Assembly (NCBI GenBank): GCA_044868695.1
Contig: JBIOWP010000107.1
Coordinates: 9,348 to 73,347, forward strand
Reading direction: 5' to 3'
DNA length: 64,000 nt
Origin: a bacterium
Lineage (GTDB): Bacteria; Sysuimicrobiota; Sysuimicrobiia; Sysuimicrobiales; Kaftiobacteriaceae
Made by a program: the position numbers and the translations under genes. Positions 19,874-29,645 of the stretch are shown piece after piece. Every line of letters begins with the position of its first letter. Positions within the stretch are counted from its first letter, which is position 1. The notes below the pieces were generated by a model. That model saw only the letters and a list, made by a program, of their open reading frames with translations, was not told the origin of the DNA and searched no databases.

Positions 19874-21385
19874 ATGGTAGGCGTGCCGTTGCTCACGATC
19901 CTGATATTTCTACCGCTGGCGGTGGCCGGCATCGTGGCATTGCTGGATCGGCGGCACACTCACGCGCTGTACGGCGTGGGCATGGCCGGCATGGCCGGCG
20001 CGTTCGCGGTTTCGGCCGTCCTGTTCGCGCGCTTTGATCCCGCGTCCGCGGCGCTGCAGTTTGTGGAGCGCTCCGCGTGGATTCCCTCCGCGGGGATCAG
20101 CTATCAGGTCGGCATCGACGGCATCTCGCTGCCGCTGGTGATGCTCACGACCGTCATCCTGCCGCTCGCGCTGCTGTCGGCGTGGGGATCGATCACCGAC
20201 CGGGTCAAGGAGTTCGTCGTGAGCATGCTGGTGCTGGAGACGGCGCTGCTGGGGACCTTTCTCGCCGCGGACCTGGTGCTGTTCTACGTCTTCTGGGAGG
20301 CCGTCCTCATCCCGATGTACTTCATCATCGGGGTGTGGGGCGGCCCGCGGCGCTCCTACGCCGCGATCAAGTTCATTCTCTATACCATGGCCGGCAGCGC
20401 GCTCATGCTGGTGGCGATCCTGGTCCTCTACCTGCACAGCGGGCCGGCCGGGGAGCGGACATTTGACCTGGCCGTCCTGCGCGCGGTCCGGGTCGCGATG
20501 CCCCTGCAGGCGTGGTTGTTCGGCGCGTTCGCGCTGGCGTTCGCGATCAAGGTGCCGGTCTGGCCGCTGCACACCTGGCTCCCCGACGCGCACGTGGAGG
20601 CGCCCACCGCCGGCAGTGTGGTGCTCGCGGCGGTGCTGCTGAAGATGGGGACGTACGGATTCCTGCGCTTCCTCCTGCCGCTGTTCCCGCAGGCCTCTCA
20701 TCAGTTTGCGCCGCTGCTCTCGACCCTGGCGATCATCGGCATCGTGTACGGCGGGATCGTCTCGTGGGCGCAGCGCGACGTGAAGCGGTTGGTTGCGATG
20801 AGCAGCGTGAGCCACCTCGGGCTGGTGACGCTGGGCGTGTTTGCGTTCACCGTCGAGGCCGTGCAGGGCAGCCTGCTGCAGATGGTCAATCACGGGCTCA
20901 GCACCGGCGGATTATTCTTGATCGTCGGCGTGCTGTACGATCGCACGCATTCTCGGCTCCTGGACGACTACGGCGGCGTAGCGGCGTTGATGCCGCGCTT
21001 CATGCCGCTGGCGCTGATCGTGACGCTGTCGTCGATGGCGCTGCCGGGGACCAACGGGTTCGTCGGTGAGTTCCTCGTCCTGCTGGGAACGTTTACGGTG
21101 CGCCCCGCCTATGCCGCTGCGGCGGTGACCGGCGTGATCCTGTCGGCGATCTACCTGCTGTGGATGTACCAGCGCGTGATGCAGGGCCCGGTCGCGGTCC
21201 GGGACCCCGCGCGCATGGTGGACGTCTCCCGGCGCGAGCAGTGGCTGTTCATCCCGCTCGTCGCCCTGATCTTCTGGATCGGTCTGCACCCGGCCCCGCT
21301 GCTGTCGCGCAGCGAAGCGACGGTGAGAGCGTTGGTTGAAGACCTGCGGGAACGCGAGAGCGCGGGCGCGGTCACGGTACGATGA
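19874..21385 (+). CDS. nuoM: NADH-quinone oxidoreductase subunit M
   Basis: FYVFWEAVLIPMYF, PLHTWLPDAHVEAPT, LPGTNGFVGEF. Confidence 0.97.
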   Translation: MVGVPLLTILIFLPLAVAGIVALLDRRHTHALYGVGMAGMAGAFAVSAVLFARFDPASAALQFVERSAWIPSAGISYQVGIDGISLPLVMLTTVILPLALLSAWGSITDRVKEFVVSMLVLETALLGTFLAADLVLFYVFWEAVLIPMYFIIGVWGGPRRSYAAIKFILYTMAGSALMLVAILVLYLHSGPAGERTFDLAVLRAVRVAMPLQAWLFGAFALAFAIKVPVWPLHTWLPDAHVEAPTAGSVVLAAVLLKMGTYGFLRFLLPLFPQASHQFAPLLSTLAIIGIVYGGIVSWAQRDVKRLVAMSSVSHLGLVTLGVFAFTVEAVQGSLLQMVNHGLSTGGLFLIVGVLYDRTHSRLLDDYGGVAALMPRFMPLALIVTLSSMALPGTNGFVGEFLVLLGTFTVRPAYAAAAVTGVILSAIYLLWMYQRVMQGPVAVRDPARMVDVSRREQWLFIPLVALIFWIGLHPAPLLSRSEATVRALVEDLRERESAGAVTVR

Positions 21386-22812
21386 CCCTCCCCACCGTCG
21401 ATCTTGCCCTGATCGCCCCCGAGCTGATCGTGACGGCCACGGCGCTGATGCTGATGGCGCTGGCGGCGGTCCTGCCCGCCGGTCACCGGAACGCGCTGCG
21501 CTGGCTGGCCGTCGCCGGGACCGGGGCGGCACTGGGAGCGGTGCTCGCGCTCGGTCCCGCGCGCGCGGACGCATTCGCCGGGATGTACACGCGCGATGCG
21601 CTGACCGAGGTGCTCCAGGTCACGGCACTGGTGACGGTGCTGCTCGCCGTGTGCCTGTCGGGGGAGTACGTCGAGCGCACGCAGTTCGCCGGCGAGTACT
21701 ACGCGCTCGTCCTGGCAGCCGCGCTCGGCGCGATGCTGATGGCCGCCAGTGCGGACCTCCTCATGCTGTTCCTGGGGCTGGAGACGTTATCGATTCCCCT
21801 GTACGTGCTGGCGGCGTTCGCCCGCACGGATCGCCGCTCGCAGGAGGCCGGTCTCAAGTACTTCCTCCTGGGCGCGTTCAGCACGTCGTTCTTCCTGTAC
21901 GGTATCGCGCTGCTCTTCGGCGCCTCCGGGTCGACCCAGCTGAGCACGCTGGCGGAGCACGCGCGGGCGCCCAAGATGATCTTTCAGGCCGGCGTGGCGC
22001 TGCTGACGATCGGCCTGGCGTTCAAAGCCGCGGTGGTCCCGTTTCACTCCTGGGCTCCGGATGTCTACGAAGGGGCGCCGCTGCCGGTGACGGCGTACAT
22101 GGCCGTCATCGCCAAGGTCGGAGCGTTTGCCGCGCTGCTGCGCGTGTTCGTGGCCGCGCTAGCCCCCCAGGCGGCGCAGTGGACTCCGGTGCTGGCCGCC
22201 GTGAGCGTGCTGACGATGATCGTGGGCAACGTGGCCGCCCTGCGACAGACCAGCATCAAGCGGATGCTCGCCTACTCGAGCATCGCACACGCCGGCTTCA
22301 TCCTGACCGGCATCGTCGCCCGCACCGGAGCCGGCGCCGCCGCCGTGGCGTTCTATCTGCTGGCCTACGCGTTCATGACGCTCGGGGCGTTCGGGGTCGT
22401 GCTGATGCTGCAGCGGCGGGGGGAAGAGGCGGACCAGATTGCGCACCTGTCCGGAGTCGCGCAGCGCTCGCCGGCGCTGGGCGCGGCAATGGCGTTGTTC
22501 ATGACGTCCCTGGCCGGACTGCCTCCGACCGCCGGATTTCTGGCGAAATTCTACGTGTTCACGGCCGTGCTGGACGCCGGGCAGGTCGGCGTGGCGATCG
22601 CCGGCGTGCTGGCCAGTGTCGTGTCCGCGTATTACTACTTCCGGGTGGTGTACACGATGTTTACCGGGGAGCCCGACGCCGAGGTCGGGGCCGCGGGCGG
22701 GCGGTGGGTGGCGGCGGCTGTGGCCGTCACGGCGGCCGGCGTGGTCGCGCTGGGTATCGTGCCCGCGCGGGTCACCGCGTTCGTTCAACAGGTAGCGCAG
22801 GCCCTTAAGTGA
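21382..22812 (+). CDS. nuoN: NADH-quinone oxidoreductase subunit N
   Basis: EAGLKYFLLG, FKAAVVPFHSWAPDVYEGAP, KRMLAYSSIAHAG. Confidence 0.97.
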   Translation: MTLPTVDLALIAPELIVTATALMLMALAAVLPAGHRNALRWLAVAGTGAALGAVLALGPARADAFAGMYTRDALTEVLQVTALVTVLLAVCLSGEYVERTQFAGEYYALVLAAALGAMLMAASADLLMLFLGLETLSIPLYVLAAFARTDRRSQEAGLKYFLLGAFSTSFFLYGIALLFGASGSTQLSTLAEHARAPKMIFQAGVALLTIGLAFKAAVVPFHSWAPDVYEGAPLPVTAYMAVIAKVGAFAALLRVFVAALAPQAAQWTPVLAAVSVLTMIVGNVAALRQTSIKRMLAYSSIAHAGFILTGIVARTGAGAAAVAFYLLAYAFMTLGAFGVVLMLQRRGEEADQIAHLSGVAQRSPALGAAMALFMTSLAGLPPTAGFLAKFYVFTAVLDAGQVGVAIAGVLASVVSAYYYFRVVYTMFTGEPDAEVGAAGGRWVAAAVAVTAAGVVALGIVPARVTAFVQQVAQALK

Positions 22813-22813
22813 C

Positions 22814-22936
22814 GGGACCAGGGACCTGGGACCGGGGACCGGAATCAAAGATCAATATGACTCCGCGGTTCAGTTTCTGTCGGTAGGTTCGACGTGAGCA
22901 TCCACATCTGGTCCCTGGTCCCCGGTCCCCGGTCCC
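22814..22936. repeat. Inverted pair of heptamer tandem arrays (GGGACCN)4 ... (NGGTCCC)4
   Basis: 22814-22841 and 22909-22936, immediately after the nuoN stop. Confidence 0.85.
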
Positions 22937-22967
22937 GAAGTGTCGAAGCGCGGGGTACTCTCTCTCG

Positions 22968-24266
22968 ATGAGCACGGAGAGGTTCGACGCGATCGTCGTC
23001 GGGGCAGGGCCGGCCGGCAGCGCCGCGGCGTACACGATGGCCAAGGCTGGGCTCAGCGTGGTGCTGATCGAGCGCGGCGAATATCCCGGCGCGAAAAACG
23101 TGATGGGCGGCGTGATGTACGGCCGCATGCTCGCCGACCTGATCCCCACCTTTGCGTCTGAAGCTCCGGTCGAACGGGTCGTAGTCGAAGAGCGGCTCTG
23201 GATCACCACCGATACCTCCGCGGTTTCCATCGGGCACAAGACTGCCTCCACCGGCGGTCTCCCGAACGCGTTCACCGTCCTCCGCGCGAAGTTCGATCGA
23301 TGGTTTGCGTCCAAGGCCGAGGAAGCCGGCGCGTTCCTGGTGCCCGCCACCGTTGTCGACGACGTCCTTGTGGAGGACGGCAAGATCACAGGGGTGCGCA
23401 CCGGCCGGGAAGACGGCGACCTGCACGCCGACGTCGTGGTGCTGTGCGACGGGGTGCACTCCTTCCTGGCAAAGAAGGCCGGCCTACTGACCCGCGAGAT
23501 CGCACCGCACGAGGTGGCGCTGGCGGTGAAGGAAATCATCGCCCTCCCTCCCGAGGTCATCCAGGAGCGGTTCAACGTAGGCGAAGGGGAGGGCGTCACC
23601 ATCGAGCTGTACGGGGCCGTGACGCGGGGGATGGGCGGCTATGGGTTCATCTACACCAACCGGGATAGCCTCTCGGTCGGCATCGGGGCGCTGATGGCCC
23701 ACTTCATGCGCACGAAGATCACGCCCCATGCACTGCTGGAGGGCCTCAAGCAGCATCCGCTCGTGCGCCCGCTGCTGGCGGGCGGGCAGGTCGTTGAGTA
23801 CCTGGCCCACGCCATCCCCGAAGGCGGCTACAAGGCGATGCCGAGGCTGTACGGCGACGGCGTGCTGATCGCCGGCGACGCGGCGATGATGGTCAACGGG
23901 CTGCACCGGGAGGGCAGCAACCTGGCCATGACCGCCGGCCGCCTGGCGGCAGAAACGGTCATCGACGCGAGGGCGCGCGGCGATTTCTCCGCCGCCTCGC
24001 TGGCATCCTACCGCCGCCGCCTGGAAGAGAGTTTCGTCCTCAAAGACCTCAGGAAGTACCAGCACCTGCCCGAGTTTGTGGACGCGCATCCCGAGCTCTT
24101 GCAGATCTACCCGGACCTCGTCACCCACGCGGTCCACGAGATGCTGACGGTGGACGGGACGCCGAAGCGGGACAAGCAGCGTAAGATCTGGAAGGATATC
24201 AGAGCGCGGCGCTCGGTGTGGCGGCTCGTGCGGGACGCGTATCAGGCGTGGAAAGCGATCAGGTGA
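22968..24266 (+). CDS. fixC: FixC-family FAD-dependent ETF:quinone oxidoreductase
   Basis: VGAGPAGS, ERGEYPGAKNVMGG, AHAIPEGG, GDAAMMVNGLHREGSNLAM. Confidence 0.9.
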   Translation: MSTERFDAIVVGAGPAGSAAAYTMAKAGLSVVLIERGEYPGAKNVMGGVMYGRMLADLIPTFASEAPVERVVVEERLWITTDTSAVSIGHKTASTGGLPNAFTVLRAKFDRWFASKAEEAGAFLVPATVVDDVLVEDGKITGVRTGREDGDLHADVVVLCDGVHSFLAKKAGLLTREIAPHEVALAVKEIIALPPEVIQERFNVGEGEGVTIELYGAVTRGMGGYGFIYTNRDSLSVGIGALMAHFMRTKITPHALLEGLKQHPLVRPLLAGGQVVEYLAHAIPEGGYKAMPRLYGDGVLIAGDAAMMVNGLHREGSNLAMTAGRLAAETVIDARARGDFSAASLASYRRRLEESFVLKDLRKYQHLPEFVDAHPELLQIYPDLVTHAVHEMLTVDGTPKRDKQRKIWKDIRARRSVWRLVRDAYQAWKAIR

Positions 24267-24270
24267 GCCG

Positions 24271-24579
24271 ATGCCCTCTGGACCGGTCCCCGCTTTGAAG
24301 CTCGAGGAGAAGCTCTTTCTCCTCACCTACAAGCACGACAAGCAGAGCCACATTACCATCCGCGACAACACCGTGTGCGCCGCGACCTGCGGCCCGCAGT
24401 GGAACCGGCCGTGCACGACGTTCTGTCCCGCGAGCGTGTACAACTGGGATGGAGAGAAGATCACGGCCTCCTACGAGAACTGCGTTGAGTGCACATCCTG
24501 CCTCACCGGCTGCCCGTACCGCAACATCGATTGGCGCCTCCCCCGCGGCGGCTACGGGGTCCAGTATCGAAACGGGTAG
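24271..24579 (+). CDS. fixX: FixX ferredoxin
   Basis: SHI...C...C...CTTFCPA, YENCVECTSC...CP, WRLPRGGYGVQYRNG. Confidence 0.9.
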   Translation: MPSGPVPALKLEEKLFLLTYKHDKQSHITIRDNTVCAATCGPQWNRPCTTFCPASVYNWDGEKITASYENCVECTSCLTGCPYRNIDWRLPRGGYGVQYRNG

Positions 24580-24596
24580 CCGGTAACGGGAAACCG

Positions 24597-25325
24597 TCAC
24601 ACGTTGTCATTGCGGCGGAGAAGAAACCATGCCCCGAGGAAGAGGAGGAGCGTCGCGGGAATCTGCCCCATGGTGACCACCCAGAAGATGCGGTCCTCGC
24701 TGCGGAGCAGATCGAGGGCGATCCGGCCAGCGGACGTCAGCACGACCACCGTCCAGAACAGCTCTCCGGGGAACCGCCGCCGGCGCACGAGCGGGACGGT
24801 GACGGCGAGGATGCAGGCGGCGAAGATCATCTCGTAGATCTGGAGCGGGTGCCGCGGGCCGGGCACGCCGGGAAACGTGACCGCCCACGGCAGCGACGTC
24901 ACGTCGCCATACAGTTCCCCGTTCATGAAGTTGCCAAAACGCACGAGGATGTTGCCCAGCGGCACGCTCCACACTGTCGCATCGGCCAGGCTCCACAGCG
25001 GCAACCCGCGGCGCTGCGACGCCCACCACATCGCCGCGAATCCCCCGAGAATCGCTCCGTGCGAGGTCAGCCCGCCGTGGTCGATGCGCAGCGCCTCGAC
25101 CAGTGAGCTGAACTGCGCGGGATGGGACAGGACGTAGCCGAGTCGCGCCCCGACGAACGCCATGATCACAAACGGGAGCGCCAGCCGGTCGATCTCCTCT
25201 GGCGGCACACCCACCTTTGGGGCGACCCGCATCGCGGCGACCGCCCCGCTGATGATCGTGGCGGCCATCATCACCCCGTACCACCGGATGGTCAGCGGGC
25301 CCAGTTCAAACAAGACGGGATCCAT
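24597..25325 (-). CDS. lgt: Prolipoprotein diacylglyceryl transferase
   Basis: IRWYGVM, VGARLGYV, GGLTSHG, RFGNFMNGELYG, RHPLQIYE. Confidence 0.95.
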   Translation of the reverse strand: MDPVLFELGPLTIRWYGVMMAATIISGAVAAMRVAPKVGVPPEEIDRLALPFVIMAFVGARLGYVLSHPAQFSSLVEALRIDHGGLTSHGAILGGFAAMWWASQRRGLPLWSLADATVWSVPLGNILVRFGNFMNGELYGDVTSLPWAVTFPGVPGPRHPLQIYEMIFAACILAVTVPLVRRRRFPGELFWTVVVLTSAGRIALDLLRSEDRIFWVVTMGQIPATLLLFLGAWFLLRRNDNV

Positions 25326-25351
25326 GGCGGCCCGTAGTATACCATCTTCGA

Positions 25352-25408
25352 AAAGAAGGAGGGGACTGTCCCCTCCTGTCAATAGCTCACATGGGTCATC
25401 TTCGGGTG
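25352..25408. repeat. 57-bp dispersed repeat copy 1 with GGAGGGGACTGTCCCCTCC palindrome
   Basis: 48/57 identical to 39004-39060 by manual alignment. Confidence 0.85.
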
Positions 25409-25455
25409 GCTCAAGCGAGTCGAACGGGCTGTGGGGCACGCGTTCTGTTGCGCAC

Positions 25456-25974
25456 ATGAAAATTGCTATTGGGTCCACCACCAGTGGGTCAAAGATCCGC
25501 GCCACCGAAACGGTGTGCGCGCGGGCGTACCCTGACGCCGTCGTCGTCGCGGTGCCGGTGACCTCGACCGTGCCCGCTCAGCCCACAAGCGACGAAGAAA
25601 CCATCCGCGGTGCTCTCCACCGGGCGCAGGAGGCGCGACGACTGGCCGATGCCGACCTCGGGATTGGTATCGAGGGCGGCGTGCATCGCGATCAGTGGGG
25701 GGTCTGGATGTGCGCCTGGGTGGCCGCAGTGGATCGGAACGGGCGCGAGGGCCTCAGCTGCGGCGTGCGCTTCCGGCTGCCGGACTGGATGGCGTCCCGG
25801 GCCCTGGCCGGAGAAGAGTTGGGCGCCATGGTCGACACGATGCTTGGGCACGGGGGCGCGCACGAGGAGCTGGGTGCGATCGGCCTGCTGACCCGGGGCC
25901 TCGTGGACCGGCAGGCGGCTCTCGAGCAGGCCGTCGCGGCGGCTTTGATCCCCTTTCTCCCGGGCGAGACGTGA
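25456..25974 (+). CDS. yjjX: Inosine/xanthosine triphosphatase (DUF84)
   Basis: KIAIGST, QPTSDEETIRGALHRA, GIGIEGG, GEELG, GAIGLLT. Confidence 0.88.
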   Translation: MKIAIGSTTSGSKIRATETVCARAYPDAVVVAVPVTSTVPAQPTSDEETIRGALHRAQEARRLADADLGIGIEGGVHRDQWGVWMCAWVAAVDRNGREGLSCGVRFRLPDWMASRALAGEELGAMVDTMLGHGGAHEELGAIGLLTRGLVDRQAALEQAVAAALIPFLPGET

Positions 25975-27149
25975 CCGAGCGCCTCTATCGCGACGATAGC
26001 TACCGCACGGAGTTCGAGGCCGGGACCGTAGAAGTGCGCCCCCGCGGTGACTCGTTCGGCATCATCTTGGACCGCACGGCCTTCTATCCCACCTCCGGCG
26101 GGCAGCCGCACGACACAGGAACCCTCAACGGCGTCCGGGTGGTCGACGTGATTGAAGACGACGAGGATCAAATCCTCCACATCGTCGATCAGCGAGTCGA
26201 GGGCAAGGTGACCGGGACCATCGATTGGCCCAGGCGGTTTGATCACATGCAGCAGCACACCGGCCAGCACATCCTCTCCCAGGCGTTCCTTGCGGATCAC
26301 GCGGGGCAAACGCGCGCCGTGCACCTCGGCGCCGATGTCTCGACCCTCGATCTGGACCTCATCGAGCTGAGCGCGGACGCTGCGGGACGCGCGGAGGATC
26401 TGGCCAACCGCGTGGTCCTCGAAGACCGGCCGGTGATCATCCGGGAGGTGGATGAGTCCGACCTCACCGGGCTGGGCCTGCGCCGTCCCGCCAAGAAGCG
26501 CGGCCGCATCCGCGTCGTCGAGGTGGAGGGATTCGACCGTTCGGCCTGCGGAGGGACGCACGTGCGGCGCACAGGGGAGATCGGCCTGATTACGATCCGC
26601 CGCTGGGAGCGGTTCAAAGGCGGGGTGCGCGTCGAGTTCCTCTGCGGCTGGCGCGCCCTGCGGGACTACCGTTGGAAGAACGCCCTCGTGCGCGATCTGG
26701 CGGGCTGGTTCTCGGTGAAAGACCAGGAGGTTCTCGAGGCGGTCGAGCGGCAGGGGGCGCAGCTGCGCGATCGGGACCGGCAGATCACGGAGCTGCGCGA
26801 CCGCGTGATCGAGTTCGAGGCGCACCGGAGGCTGACGGAGGCGCGGGGCGGCACGCCGCATGTTGTGGCGGAAGTGGTCGCAGGGTGGACGTCCGAGATG
26901 GTCTCGGCGCTCGCCGGCCGGCTCGTTGCCACCTCATCCACCGTGGCCGTGCTGGGGACTGATGACGGCCGGCTGGTCATCGCCCGGTCGGCCGATCTCG
27001 ATCTCGACGCCGCGAAGGTGCTTCGCCGCGTCGTCGAACGGCTGGGCGGCCGCGGCGGAGGGCGCCCGGCCTACGCGCAGGGCGCGGTGCCCCCCGGACA
27101 GGTCGCCGCCGCCGTCGACGCGGCGCGTGCCGAGGTCGGGGATGCCTGA
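25971..27149 (+). CDS. AlaX-type aminoacyl-tRNA editing protein with C-terminal DHHA1 domain
   Basis: FYPTSGGQPHDTG, HMQQHTGQH, ACGGTHV, GGRGGG...AQG. Confidence 0.92.
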   Translation: MTERLYRDDSYRTEFEAGTVEVRPRGDSFGIILDRTAFYPTSGGQPHDTGTLNGVRVVDVIEDDEDQILHIVDQRVEGKVTGTIDWPRRFDHMQQHTGQHILSQAFLADHAGQTRAVHLGADVSTLDLDLIELSADAAGRAEDLANRVVLEDRPVIIREVDESDLTGLGLRRPAKKRGRIRVVEVEGFDRSACGGTHVRRTGEIGLITIRRWERFKGGVRVEFLCGWRALRDYRWKNALVRDLAGWFSVKDQEVLEAVERQGAQLRDRDRQITELRDRVIEFEAHRRLTEARGGTPHVVAEVVAGWTSEMVSALAGRLVATSSTVAVLGTDDGRLVIARSADLDLDAAKVLRRVVERLGGRGGGRPAYAQGAVPPGQVAAAVDAARAEVGDA

Positions 27150-28023
27150 ATTGCCGTTCATTCAAGTGCTGGTCGAAAACCTCGCCCGCGAGGTCGAAGG
27201 GCGCACGATCGTCTCGCTGCGCGTCAGCAGCCCCGCCATCGTCAAAACATTCGATCCCCCACTCACCGCGGTCGCCGGCCGCCGCATCGAGCGGATCCGG
27301 CGGACGGGCAAATTGATCGTCTGTGACCTCTCAGGAGACCTGCTCTTGACCATCCACCTGATGAGGGACGGCCGGCTGCAGCTGGGATCGCCGCGGCCCC
27401 GCGCTCCCGGCGGCCGCAGGGGGCCGGCGCCCAAGCCGATGGCACTCGGGCTGACGCTGGACGACGGACGCGAACTGCGTCTCAATGAGGCCGGCCCGAA
27501 GAAGCGCGCAGGCGTCTACGTGCTGCGGGCCCAGCACGCGGCATCCGCCGAGCCGCTGGCCGGCCTCGGGCCTGATCCGCTTGGAGAGGAGTTCACCATC
27601 GAGGTTCTGGCGAAGGCCCTGGTGGGCCAGAGCCTCCAGGTGAAGCGCGCGATCACCCAGCAGCGCATCGTGGCCGGCATCGGCAACGCGTTCGGAGACG
27701 AAATCCTCTGGGAGGCCAGGCTGTCTCCGTTTGCCGCGGCGGGACGCCTCTCGCGGGGCGAGGTCGAGCGGCTGCACGGCGCAATCCGCAGCGTCTTCGC
27801 CGGGGCGCTGGAGCAGCACCGGCGTCATTTCGGGACTGGCCTGCCCACGCGCGAACCGGTCGACCTGCTCCGGGTGCACCGGCACGGGGGCGAGCCGTGC
27901 CCCCGCTGCGGGACCCGGATCGAGACAGTCTACTATGCGGAAAAGGAAACCTACTACTGCCCGGCCTGCCAGACTGGGGGAAAGGTCTATGCGGACCGCA
28001 GACTTTCCCGGCTGCTGAAGTGA
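27142..28023 (+). CDS. Fpg/Nei-family DNA glycosylase
   Basis: N-terminal MPELP, RTGK, H2TH GIGNAFGDEIL, Zn finger CPRC...CPACQ. Confidence 0.9.
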   Translation: MPELPFIQVLVENLAREVEGRTIVSLRVSSPAIVKTFDPPLTAVAGRRIERIRRTGKLIVCDLSGDLLLTIHLMRDGRLQLGSPRPRAPGGRRGPAPKPMALGLTLDDGRELRLNEAGPKKRAGVYVLRAQHAASAEPLAGLGPDPLGEEFTIEVLAKALVGQSLQVKRAITQQRIVAGIGNAFGDEILWEARLSPFAAAGRLSRGEVERLHGAIRSVFAGALEQHRRHFGTGLPTREPVDLLRVHRHGGEPCPRCGTRIETVYYAEKETYYCPACQTGGKVYADRRLSRLLK

Positions 28024-28033
28024 GAACGTACGC

Positions 28034-28816
28034 ATGATCACGCTGCTCAGCGATTTCGGAAGTGCGAGTCCATACCCCGCGCAGATGAAGGCGGTGCTGG
28101 CCTCCTCCTGCAACGCCGTCATCATTGACATCACGCATGACGTCCCGCGCCACGACGTCCGCGCCGGTGCGTACCTGCTGTCTGCTGTCGTCCGCACGGC
28201 GCCGGCGGGAACGGTGCACCTCGCGGTCGTCGACCCCGGCGTGGGCACGGCGCGGAAGCCGCTCATCATTTCCTCAGGCGGCCAGTGGTTCGTGGGGCCG
28301 GACAACGGGCTCCTGTTACCGGCGGCAAAGCGCCTGGGCGCTCCACGGGTCTACGAGATAACCGCGGATGCTCCGGATGCGGTGTCCCCCACATTTCACG
28401 GCCGCGATCTCTTCGCGCCGGCGGCGGCGGCTCTGGCGCGCGGGGCCCCCGCGGACGCGCTCGGCCGCCCGCTCGCGCAGTTCGTTCATCTGGATCTGGG
28501 GACCGGGCGCCGAGAGGGCGGTGCGCTGGTCGGCGAAGTGATTTATGTGGATGCGTTCGGCAACCTCATCACGAACATCCCGGCGGGGGCGCTGGATGCC
28601 GGCGGCGGGACGCTCACGCTGGTTGCGGGCCGCCGCCGTGTCAGAGCGGCCGTGGCCCGGACGTATGGCGATGTCGCTCCCGGCCGTTTCGCCGTCGTGG
28701 CGGGCAGCGACGGCCTGCTGGAGGTGGCGGTGCGGAACGGCAGCGCGGCGGACCATCTTGCTGCCGGAAGCGGCGTGACGCTTCGAATTATCCCGAGCAT
28801 TCCGCGCAGACGGTAG
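28034..28816 (+). CDS. SAM hydroxide adenosyltransferase (DUF62 SAM hydrolase)
   Basis: ITLLSDFG, VVDPGVGTAR, GPDNG, TFHGRD, DAFGNLITN. Confidence 0.9.
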   Translation: MITLLSDFGSASPYPAQMKAVLASSCNAVIIDITHDVPRHDVRAGAYLLSAVVRTAPAGTVHLAVVDPGVGTARKPLIISSGGQWFVGPDNGLLLPAAKRLGAPRVYEITADAPDAVSPTFHGRDLFAPAAAALARGAPADALGRPLAQFVHLDLGTGRREGGALVGEVIYVDAFGNLITNIPAGALDAGGGTLTLVAGRRRVRAAVARTYGDVAPGRFAVVAGSDGLLEVAVRNGSAADHLAAGSGVTLRIIPSIPRRR

Positions 28817-28841
28817 GAACATCTCCGACCCCGAACACGTT
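28816..28841 (+). promoter_or_regulatory. SigH/SigR-type ECF promoter GGAAC-N18-GTT upstream of ccdA
   Basis: GGAAC 28816-28820, GTT 28839-28841. Confidence 0.6.
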
Positions 28842-28901
28842 ATCGCTAGTGTAAACTGTCTGACGGCGGGAATAGAGCAGGAGGAAGGACGAGGAGTCGC
28901 G

Positions 28902-29630
28902 ATGCCTGAGGTCAATGTCCCGCTCGCATTCGCCGCCGGTTTGTTGGGCTTTCTCTCTCCCTGCATCGTCCCGCTGATTCCCGGCTACCTCTCCTTCGTG
29001 TCCGGGGTGTCGCTGTCTGGGATGGCCGGCACCACGCGAGGCGAGCACCGCGCACGGGTGCTGAGCTCGACGCTCAGCTTCGTGCTCGGATTCGCGGCGA
29101 TTTTTGCGGCGCTGGGAGCGTCGGCGAGCTACCTAGGGAGTTTCATCCTTGTGAACCGGATCTGGCTGGGGCGGGCGGGCGGGATCATCGTCGTCCTGCT
29201 CGGGCTGTCTGTGCTGGGGATCCTCAAGATTCCCTGGCTCTCACGCGAACGGCGGCTGCACCTTCCCCAGGGACGCGGCGGCGTGCTGGGGGCGTTCCCG
29301 GTCGGGATGGCGTTCGCCTTCGCATGGACGCCCTGCATCGGCCCGGTGCTGGCGGCAATCCTGACGCTGGCGGCGACGACGCAGCGGACGCTGGACGGAG
29401 CCGTGCTGCTGCTCGCCTACGCGCTGGGTCTGGGAATCCCGTTTCTCATCACGGCAGTGCTGATGACCGGCGCCGTCGACGCCCTGGGCTGGGTCCGCGC
29501 ACACGGCCGTGCGATCGAAGTCAGCAGCGGCGTGTTCCTGGTCGCCATGGGGGCCGCTTTGGCATTGGACTTGATCTTTCGTTTCAATACCTGGATCCTC
29601 CGGCTGTTTCCGTTCCGGCCGGTGATCTGA
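28902..29630 (+). CDS. ccdA: CcdA/DsbD-type transmembrane electron transporter
   Basis: FLSPCIVPLIP and WTPCIGPVL redox cysteines. Confidence 0.93.
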   Translation: MPEVNVPLAFAAGLLGFLSPCIVPLIPGYLSFVSGVSLSGMAGTTRGEHRARVLSSTLSFVLGFAAIFAALGASASYLGSFILVNRIWLGRAGGIIVVLLGLSVLGILKIPWLSRERRLHLPQGRGGVLGAFPVGMAFAFAWTPCIGPVLAAILTLAATTQRTLDGAVLLLAYALGLGIPFLITAVLMTGAVDALGWVRAHGRAIEVSSGVFLVAMGAALALDLIFRFNTWILRLFPFRPVI

Positions 29631-29645
29631 CCACTGGAGCGTGAC

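Noticed and set aside
28034..28816. Fluorinase/chlorinase
   Set aside because: Retains DPGVG..R and TFHGRD (Asp-Arg-His) of SAM hydrolases; no halometabolite cluster
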